Shown here piece after piece: positions 56,981 through 64,000 of a stretch of 64,000 bases of DNA. Origin of the DNA: an uncultured Alphaproteobacteria bacterium. Lineage in GTDB: Bacteria; Pseudomonadota; Alphaproteobacteria; RF32; CAG-239. Position 1 is the stretch's first letter. Each line of letters starts with the position of its first letter. The position numbers and the translations under genes were made by a program. The stretch lies in NCBI GenBank assembly GCA_949297415.1, contig CASFSV010000014.1:7030-71029 (forward strand), read 5' to 3'. The notes under the pieces are model-generated. The model searched no databases. It saw only the letters and a list, made by a program, of their open reading frames with translations, and was not told the origin of the DNA.

Positions 56981-58657
56981 ATGAGTGTATCTTTTAAGGT
57001 TAGAAAATATAAGTGTTTCGGTGACGAATATCAGGGTTTTGATATCATTAAAAAATTTAATATAGTTATAGGAAAAAATAATAGCGGAAAATCAAAATTA
57101 TTGGAAGCATTAGAATATTTTATCAAAAAAGGAATTCAATCCTCATATATTCCAGATATTCAAATTGGAAGTGTCCTTACAGAAGAACCTTTAATTAATA
57201 TTTTTAAAAATCGCACTTATGGAGGTGTTTTAGGAGAAGCACTTGGTAACAGTTCCTATAGCCACTGGGATTTAGTTGGAAAGTATTTAGTTGGTCATTT
57301 CTATACATTATCATTATATGGTGATAATAAAAAAATAGATACTGATTTAAGCTATTTTAAAGCACATTTAGAGGCTGAACCTATTATATCATCAATGTTA
57401 CAAAGAATACAAGTTACCAACCCTTTTGAAGGATATCGCTATTTGCATTTACAAGCAGAACGAGATATAAAAAAAGAAAAAATTAATTTTGATAAAAAAT
57501 TATCTTTTGACTTTATAGATAAAGATGCCAGCCATATTACAGACTTAATTGCGCGTATGCTTAATGATGAAAACGGTAATCAAAATCACTGGCAAGAATA
57601 TATCGAAAATAATTTTTTGGATTTAATTAATCAAATTGTAGCTCCGGAAATAAAGTTCTCTCGTATTTATACTAAAACTAATTCTGTTGGCACATATGAA
57701 ATATATCTTGAAGAAAAGGAAAAAGGAGGAATTAAGCTTTCTGACTGTGGTAGTGGTCTTAAAACTGTTATTGCAACCCTGACACTTTTACATATTATTC
57801 CTTTTTTAACCCAAGAAAAAAAGTTTGTATATGCGTTGGAAGAACTAGAAAACAATATGCATCCCAGCTTAGAACGAAAACTTTTATTTCATATAAAAGA
57901 TTATATAATGGCAAACAAAGATATGCTATTATTCTTAACAACTCACTCTAATGTTGCAATAGATTTATTTGGTAATGATAAAAATTCACAAATACTTCGC
58001 GTGACAAATGATGGACACTATTCCACTGTTCAAAAAGTAGATACTTGGAATGATAAGAAAAATTTACTAGATGAACTAGGGATAAAAGCAAGCGATATTT
58101 TACAATCCAATTGTATCATATGGGTAGAAGGCCCCTCAGACAGAATATATATTAACAAATGGATACAGCTTTTTAATACTGGCTCTCCTTTACAAGAAGG
58201 ATTAGATTATCAATGTGTCTTTTACGGAGGTGCATTGCTGGCGCATTATTCAGCCGATGATAATGGCTTCATCAATCTTCTTAAAGTTAATAAAAATTCT
58301 TATGTTGTTATGGATAGTGATAAAAGGTCAAGTGACGGAACTCTAAAACAAAGAGTTCAACAAATTGCAGAAGCTATGCCTGATAATCATTGGATAACCT
58401 CTGGCAAAGAAATAGAAAACTATTTGCCTAAGGCTGCTCTTTCCGCATATTTCGGAGAAGAAACAGAGATTGACCAATACGCTTTATTTCCCGACATATA
58501 CAAAGAAAGAAAAGGTGTTGATACATTTGACAAAGTTTCCTTTGCTTCAGAAATTATTCAAAAGGACGAATATAACATAAGTAACCTTGAGAAATGCTTA
58601 GATTTAAAAGAGCAGATGAAAAAATTAATAGATTTTATCAGAGCTGCAAATTTATAA
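56981..58657 (+). CDS. OLD-family-like ABC ATPase fused to a Toprim/DUF4435-like nuclease domain (P2 Old / GajA / fused PARIS class)
   Basis: ATG 56981 with ggaga RBS. GKNNSGKSKLLEAL (Walker A), LSDCGSGLK (signature), FVYALEELENNMHP (Walker B/D-loop), LLFLTTHS (H-loop). C-terminal IIWVEGPSDRIYI (Toprim Glu) and VVMDSDK (DxD). Confidence 0.8.
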   Translation: MSVSFKVRKYKCFGDEYQGFDIIKKFNIVIGKNNSGKSKLLEALEYFIKKGIQSSYIPDIQIGSVLTEEPLINIFKNRTYGGVLGEALGNSSYSHWDLVGKYLVGHFYTLSLYGDNKKIDTDLSYFKAHLEAEPIISSMLQRIQVTNPFEGYRYLHLQAERDIKKEKINFDKKLSFDFIDKDASHITDLIARMLNDENGNQNHWQEYIENNFLDLINQIVAPEIKFSRIYTKTNSVGTYEIYLEEKEKGGIKLSDCGSGLKTVIATLTLLHIIPFLTQEKKFVYALEELENNMHPSLERKLLFHIKDYIMANKDMLLFLTTHSNVAIDLFGNDKNSQILRVTNDGHYSTVQKVDTWNDKKNLLDELGIKASDILQSNCIIWVEGPSDRIYINKWIQLFNTGSPLQEGLDYQCVFYGGALLAHYSADDNGFINLLKVNKNSYVVMDSDKRSSDGTLKQRVQQIAEAMPDNHWITSGKEIENYLPKAALSAYFGEETEIDQYALFPDIYKERKGVDTFDKVSFASEIIQKDEYNISNLEKCLDLKEQMKKLIDFIRAANL

Positions 58658-58664
58658 TTCTGCT

Positions 58665-61600
58665 TTAGTTATGTGCATATATCTCGTCAAGCTTTTGTTC
58701 TAGATTTCCGGCTTGAACTGCCGGCAACGTATCAAATTGTCTTAAATTATGCTTTTCTATCTTAATTTCGTCACTGAAGCCTAAGATATAGGCGATGGCT
58801 ATGCGATATATAATTTCTGTCGGAGCCAAACCATAAACCTGATTGGCAAAAATATGTTGCAACCGTTCTTTATCATTAGGGAATGCTTGTTTCATCTTCT
58901 CGTTTCTATATAATCTTTTAACAATTTCGGTAATATAAAGACCGGATTTCATATACAAGTCGATAAAGGTTTTATTAGGATCATCAAAGCATTCCGGATT
59001 TTCTGCCAACAAGCTATCGACCATTTCTACAACTACTTTCTTGGGGGTGTATATTTGGTTGGTCTTTTGAGGCGGAATGTAATCGAAAATGTCTTCTTTG
59101 CTTGCTTCATCAAAGTAATTTCCTAATTTTCGTTTCAGATTAAGAAACTCTTTAACCGAATCATTAAAGACTATTGGATCAAATAAATGTCCGTCAAAAT
59201 GCTTTGTTTCTCCAGTTTCAGCATCAACAAACTCTCCACCATCTCTTAAAAATCTAAATTCATCCAGAGTAATGCTGGTTACTTCTTTAAATACCTCATC
59301 AGGGATAATTTTATCAAAATTTTCCAAACACGTTTCTTCATTTCCATAAGCCATTAAAAATGATGGAATTGTTCTTGAAAAACCTCTTAAGTGGTCTCTG
59401 ATAGAGTTTTCTATTTCATTCTTTTGTTTTTGCTTTTTATCTGTTTCTACAACTTTAACAATCGTTTCGCCGGCTTCTTTAACAACGTCTTCCACAACAG
59501 ACTGCATTTTTTCAACAAATTCTTGTGTGTTTTGTTGTTTTTGTTGGTCAAATTTTTGATTTATGGCTTCTATCATTTCCGGCTTGTTATATTTTTGCGC
59601 TTGCTCTAATTCTTTTTGTCTTTCAAGTTCTGTCTTTTTTTGCTCAATTTGATAATCCCCAAAAGATTTCACAACGGTAATATCAGAACTGGCATTAAGT
59701 TTCCTTTCTAGCGCAGTCATTGTTGACTTTGATAAATCTGTTCCGTAATTATCTTTGGCTACTTTAACTAATTCTGAGGTTACAGCTGTATGGAATTCAT
59801 TTTTCATCCGTTCCAAAAGTTCGTCTTTATCATCCTTATGTGTTTCTTGAATTTGTTTGATTGTATCTTGCAGATTTTGGGTAATACCATAAATTTTTTC
59901 ACCAAAAACATTATCCACGCCAATTTCTATGGCTTGTTGCGGTAATTCTACTTCTCCTTCATCATTGATTGATAAATCTTCTTTTGTTTGTGGTGTAACG
60001 GGTATAGGCTCTTTTACTGCCTCAAATTGTTTAATAATATCTACAACTTCCTGCGGGGCACTAAAAATATTGCTAATATTTTGAAATAAGAAATTACTCA
60101 TAAAACCACGTCTTACAACTTCCAAAGCGTGAATTTTTCGTGGAATGGACAATACTTTTTCAGCATCGAGGGCAATCATTTCGCCTTCATCATCTTCACC
60201 GTAAACAGGAAAGAAGTTCAGAAGTTCGCGAATGTGTTTCTTGCGAGTATCACTATCTCCACCACCGCGAGATGTATCGGCGCTTAAATCGTTGGCAAAT
60301 TGCTCAAAAATATCCAATGTTCGAGCTGGATCGAAGTCAAATACATAAGCATTCTCTTTTCGGTATAATTCGTTTCCAACTTTGAATAAACACGGATTTT
60401 GGGCTCTAAAGGCCGCTTGCATATAAAGTGCGGGACTTTTGACATTGCTGAGCATAAAAACAGCTGTCCATTCCGGAACTGTAATACCGGTTGTAAGTTG
60501 CCCAACCGAAAGAGTTATTGTTTTATCATGCTCTTTAATTGCTTTTCTTACCTTATCCAGAGCTTTTTTATTTTCGCTGTCATCATCAATTTTGCCATTG
60601 CCTGCGGCTAAAACAATTTCATAATCCTTGAAAACATCGTGTTTTTGGAGTTTTTTAGCCAAAGCCTTTGCACTATCAACTCGATTAAGCAGCCAAAATG
60701 TATGTTTTAACTCGTTTTGCAATTCCGGAGTTGAAAAAGGAAACTTCTCTTGACTGACCAAGGCATCTAAAAATTTATCTACATCAGCTTCATATTTAAA
60801 ACTTCCATTGGCATTAGTAATAAAAAATTCGTTCAAATCAAAAGCATATTCTTCTGTTTCGCCATCATTATCAAAATCTGCTCCTTTTTGAAGCTTATCT
60901 CGGATAATTTCAGACATCTGATAGGTATAAAGATTAAGCTGTGGCAAATTTTCGTAAGGGTTTTCTTCGTCTTGAGAACAATCCCATTCTCGTTTTGCTT
61001 TTTGTTCATCAGCGTAGGTCCAGTTGAAAATAGCTTTTTCTTCAAACTTATTATTGGCCAAAGCCTTAAATGGAGTTCCGGACAGATGCAAAGTATATTT
61101 TCTTTTGATATGGTCAAAAGCAATATCGGTTTTGTAGGTATCAACACCTTCATGAGCTTCATCTATTATCAAAATATCCCATTCTAATTCAGCTACTTCT
61201 TTGAGTTTGTCATATTGGCCGCCAAAATAAATAGAACCTTTCATATCTTGCAGTGACACAAACTCTATACAGCCTTTATGATCTGGCTGGCTGATATGTT
61301 TGGTATATTGCTCTCGCGATAGGACATAAGGTTTTCCGATTAAACCATCTACTTGACTGACAAAGTAATATCCTGATTCCGTTCCCAAAAACTTGACATA
61401 ATCTTCGTACCAAGAATTAGCAATGGCTGGTCGGTTGGTTACAATTAACACTTTGGGAACGTTAAGGCTTTTGCATAACGCATAGGCTGACAATGTTTTA
61501 CCAAAACGAGGTTTGGCGTTCCATAAAAATTCTGGCTCATCATCTTGGCGAGATTTAAAATATAAAGAAGTTTGTTCTATAGCCTCATTTTGCTCTTTGC

Positions 61601-61985
61601 GAAGCTTATAAGGAATAACGCCTAATGTTTCTAATATTCCTCTATGTTGTTTAAAATAGCAAAATTCATCATAAGAATCTTGTGGTAAAATATGGAACCA
61701 TTCGGAATCCGGTAGTTTTTTAACATCTTTCTTTTGTAAATAGGCATGAAAATCTTTATCTTTAAAAGAATCTCCGCTTCCATCTTGATAAATAGCCAAA
61801 TCTTGCCATTCCAGCTTAAATTTGATATCTGCTGTTTGGGTTTGTTGTTTGATACGAGCTTCTACATTGTCTTGTTCTGTATAGCCAATCTTTGTCCAAC
61901 CATTATGGCGAGCAATTTCCGGAGTTGTGTAAGCATAGCATTTGGGCTCAATTTTTTTAGCTGTTTTGATGTTAGGAGATTTCAT
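58665..61985 (-). CDS. T5orf172/GIY-YIG-like domain + SF2 (ResIII/SNF2-like) helicase + coiled-coil + degenerate methyltransferase-like C-terminal lobe
   Basis: N-terminus CYAYTT...GWTKIGYTEQ...SEWF (T5orf172-type). NAKPRFGKTLSAYAL (motif I), LIIDEAHEG (DEAH), LHLSGTPF (motif III), GQLTTGITVPEW...MQAAFRAQN (motifs V/VI). C-terminus IYTPKKVVVEMVDSL...FIDLYMKSGLY...VYGLAPTE. Confidence 0.8.
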   Translation of the reverse strand: MKSPNIKTAKKIEPKCYAYTTPEIARHNGWTKIGYTEQDNVEARIKQQTQTADIKFKLEWQDLAIYQDGSGDSFKDKDFHAYLQKKDVKKLPDSEWFHILPQDSYDEFCYFKQHRGILETLGVIPYKLRKEQNEAIEQTSLYFKSRQDDEPEFLWNAKPRFGKTLSAYALCKSLNVPKVLIVTNRPAIANSWYEDYVKFLGTESGYYFVSQVDGLIGKPYVLSREQYTKHISQPDHKGCIEFVSLQDMKGSIYFGGQYDKLKEVAELEWDILIIDEAHEGVDTYKTDIAFDHIKRKYTLHLSGTPFKALANNKFEEKAIFNWTYADEQKAKREWDCSQDEENPYENLPQLNLYTYQMSEIIRDKLQKGADFDNDGETEEYAFDLNEFFITNANGSFKYEADVDKFLDALVSQEKFPFSTPELQNELKHTFWLLNRVDSAKALAKKLQKHDVFKDYEIVLAAGNGKIDDDSENKKALDKVRKAIKEHDKTITLSVGQLTTGITVPEWTAVFMLSNVKSPALYMQAAFRAQNPCLFKVGNELYRKENAYVFDFDPARTLDIFEQFANDLSADTSRGGGDSDTRKKHIRELLNFFPVYGEDDEGEMIALDAEKVLSIPRKIHALEVVRRGFMSNFLFQNISNIFSAPQEVVDIIKQFEAVKEPIPVTPQTKEDLSINDEGEVELPQQAIEIGVDNVFGEKIYGITQNLQDTIKQIQETHKDDKDELLERMKNEFHTAVTSELVKVAKDNYGTDLSKSTMTALERKLNASSDITVVKSFGDYQIEQKKTELERQKELEQAQKYNKPEMIEAINQKFDQQKQQNTQEFVEKMQSVVEDVVKEAGETIVKVVETDKKQKQKNEIENSIRDHLRGFSRTIPSFLMAYGNEETCLENFDKIIPDEVFKEVTSITLDEFRFLRDGGEFVDAETGETKHFDGHLFDPIVFNDSVKEFLNLKRKLGNYFDEASKEDIFDYIPPQKTNQIYTPKKVVVEMVDSLLAENPECFDDPNKTFIDLYMKSGLYITEIVKRLYRNEKMKQAFPNDKERLQHIFANQVYGLAPTEIIYRIAIAYILGFSDEIKIEKHNLRQFDTLPAVQAGNLEQKLDEIYAHN

Positions 61986-61991
61986 AGCTTC

Positions 61992-64000
61992 TTACTCCAT
62001 AGGCTTTACGTTTGTTTCAATAAACTGTATTTCATCTTCAGATAATCCATATTTTTTATACAGTAGTGCATCTATTTCCGGAATAGACTTACTCCAGTCG
62101 ATATCTGAATTTTCTGTAAAATCTTGGAGAGGAACATATGCCCAAGTTGACACAGGATTGTGTTGTGTTTTTTTCAAAATACCAAGTAATACACGTGCTA
62201 ATTTTGTTTTAATATATTTTAAGAGATTTTCTGCTTCTGTTTGATTATTAAAATTACCAATACTTATAAATGTAGGTGTAGCTGACATAAGAGGTGTACC
62301 AATAAGAGGTGTACTCAAAACTTCACCTATAGCACCACATCCGTTAGATTCTGGAACAAATACTTTATAGTTATCAATATTATTACAATTTGGATACCTA
62401 GCAGACATATATTTTTGTTTAACAAATCTATATACCCTTTTTCCATTATATAAGCCCAATATTTTATAACATTCTTCATTGTCTGGTTTATTTTCATATA
62501 TTCCATAATTAGCCAAAACATCTAATGTTGATGATTTTAGTTCGTATTCTTCATTTGGACTTAATTCTTTTACATTTGGATGTTTTTTTTGAACAGACTG
62601 TAACCTTTTGCTAATGGTTTCAGGATAATCTTTCAAATATTCATCATTAAACTTTAAATCAGATCGCCCTCCAAACATAATAGATGGCAGATTATGTTCA
62701 GAGGATTTTACAAATTTAGCAGAAATACTACGGAGAGTATTATCTGGTATAAATTCACCTATAGCACCATAATCTTTTTGATTATCCCTATATATAATAG
62801 CAATCCCTCCTTTTATATCTGTTGTTGGAAATATTTTAGAAGAATCTGCTTCAAAACGTTCTACTTTTATATGGGAATCTTGTAACATTTTTAGATTCCA
62901 CTCTTTTGAAGTTAATCCATTATTGAATAAAAATCTAGCTGGAGATATTAAAATAGACTTATCTGCAATCATTTCGGCTACATCATAGAATAATGGGTAT
63001 ATAGGTTCTTGTCTATTATATGTTTCATTTGATGCTTGATAAGGAGGGTTACCAATAACATAATCAAACTTCATTTTTTTATATCCTTTCAGATCGCGGA
63101 AATAAAAGACAAGCTTATTTCTCCAGTCTTTCACGCGGCAAATAATGGGAAAACTAAGGGTGGGTAAATCGTTAAACAGCTCTAATTGTGAGGCTTCAGA
63201 TGCAACGAACGGTGTACATTCTTTCAAACCGTCCATTTGCCAAATATTCCAAGCAATAACATTAGCTATCTGTTTGAGGTGTGCTATTGCCGGAAATTGT
63301 TGAAATTTATATTTGTAGTTATCAATAAAGGTCCAAAGCATATTTTCTCTGGCTAAAAGAAGATTATCGCCTTGATATTCATATCCATAGGTGCTTTCAT
63401 AAGCTCTTTTAGCCCAAACAAACCAATCGGCTTCATTATCCGTGTTTTCATTAACAATACGTAATTTTCTATCTAACAAGCCAATACGTTTTATAATCGG
63501 CAAAACTTCTCCGGTTGTTGTGTCATATCTTGAAACCAAAAATGGCGCTTCGCCACAAGTGATTTCCAAGCGTTTGGAGTCAACATATCTTTGCCATTCG
63601 GCTTTTTTGCGTTTGTTCGTTTCTTTAAAAGAAATCTTATGTAAGGTTGGCACCCAAGTTTTATCGATCACTTGGTTAAAAACGTTTGGTTCTCCAAACC
63701 ATTCTTCATCACACAGATTATTCATTTCTGCGCAAATCCAACTTGGTGTAAAAACTTCTGCCGATTTGCGGGTTCGGTTAAGCTGATCTTCTTTGCTTTT
63801 GGCTATACGTGGTTGAATTATTTTTGTATTTGAGCCAGTTATTAATTCCGGAAAAATTTCTTTTTCTGCCGTATAAGCCTCGCCGTATTTAGCATATTCA
63901 TCACAAGCCCAGCGAATATAGCGACCGGTTGTTTTGTCTTGTAATAAGATTTTTAATAAATATGGGCTTAACTCCCGAATATTTTGCTCTAAAATGTCAA
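61992..64000 (-). CDS. N6-adenine DNA methyltransferase (Eco57I/TaqI-like gamma class), N-terminus beyond the window
   Basis: FDYVIGNPPYQ (motif IV), LEITCGEAPFL (motif I variant). My own translation upstream of the track start stays open to position 64000 (...RKSAEVFTPSWICAEMNNL...). Stop is 6 nt before the helicase gene start. Confidence 0.8.
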   Translation of the reverse strand, partial: DILEQNIRELSPYLLKILLQDKTTGRYIRWACDEYAKYGEAYTAEKEIFPELITGSNTKIIQPRIAKSKEDQLNRTRKSAEVFTPSWICAEMNNLCDEEWFGEPNVFNQVIDKTWVPTLHKISFKETNKRKKAEWQRYVDSKRLEITCGEAPFLVSRYDTTTGEVLPIIKRIGLLDRKLRIVNENTDNEADWFVWAKRAYESTYGYEYQGDNLLLARENMLWTFIDNYKYKFQQFPAIAHLKQIANVIAWNIWQMDGLKECTPFVASEASQLELFNDLPTLSFPIICRVKDWRNKLVFYFRDLKGYKKMKFDYVIGNPPYQASNETYNRQEPIYPLFYDVAEMIADKSILISPARFLFNNGLTSKEWNLKMLQDSHIKVERFEADSSKIFPTTDIKGGIAIIYRDNQKDYGAIGEFIPDNTLRSISAKFVKSSEHNLPSIMFGGRSDLKFNDEYLKDYPETISKRLQSVQKKHPNVKELSPNEEYELKSSTLDVLANYGIYENKPDNEECYKILGLYNGKRVYRFVKQKYMSARYPNCNNIDNYKVFVPESNGCGAIGEVLSTPLIGTPLMSATPTFISIGNFNNQTEAENLLKYIKTKLARVLLGILKKTQHNPVSTWAYVPLQDFTENSDIDWSKSIPEIDALLYKKYGLSEDEIQFIETNVKPME

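Noticed and set aside
54065-58657. Calling the locus canonical Gabija (GajA-GajB).
   Set aside because: The order is reversed. The helicase is 706 aa with an extra N-terminal domain and is translationally coupled to a different partner. The OLD-like gene is separated by 115 nt. It is retained only as a hypothesis of a composite unit.
1-64000. CRISPR arrays, rRNA operons, IS elements, transposases, integrases, prophage structural genes.
   Set aside because: I scanned intergenic regions and the ORF translations. I found no regularly spaced direct repeats, no rRNA-like conserved blocks, and no DDE, tyrosine-recombinase or serine-recombinase motifs within the window.

Overview
AT-rich (roughly one-third GC by eye) chromosome segment that looks alphaproteobacterial. 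Supporting markers: a DUF4167 protein, RpoH sigma-32, nuoN-birA-rnj synteny, ffh-rpsP-rimM-trmD-rplS, rpsB-tsf, parE, prfC, asnS and tig. Positions 1 to about 53,400 are densely packed housekeeping genes. They are interleaved with envelope and glycan genes (two GT2, a pyruvyl transferase, an ArnT/PMT-like enzyme, a GT92-like enzyme, exported CgeB-like modules), two Sir2/CobB paralogs, two tandem DsbA paralogs, a DUF47+PiT pair and several lineage-specific orphans. Three tRNAs are present: Leu-UAG (clipped at the window start), Pro-CGG and Lys-UUU. No rRNA, CRISPR array, transposase or integrase is visible. The best candidate for an unusual system starts right after tRNA-Lys (53541-53616). From 54065 to the window end lies a defence-island-like cluster with three modules. 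(i) A translationally coupled SF1 helicase plus a 226-aa DUF2290-like partner. (ii) A single-polypeptide ABC-ATPase-Toprim protein of the OLD / fused-PARIS type. (iii) On the opposite strand, an N6-adenine methyltransferase (runs off the window) followed by a 1106-aa protein combining a T5orf172/GIY-YIG-like domain, an SF2 helicase and a degenerate truncated methyltransferase-like tail. Secondary observations: a nuoL/M/N-like trio that has lost the canonical antiporter motifs and has no nuoA-K upstream; a GC-rich structured intergenic element of about 260 nt (28018-28275) with promoter and terminator that I could not classify; a 388-aa protein built of three tandem repeats; and an MFS gene coupled to signal-peptide-bearing tandem CgeB-like modules. 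All family assignments come from motif recognition by eye. No searches were run.
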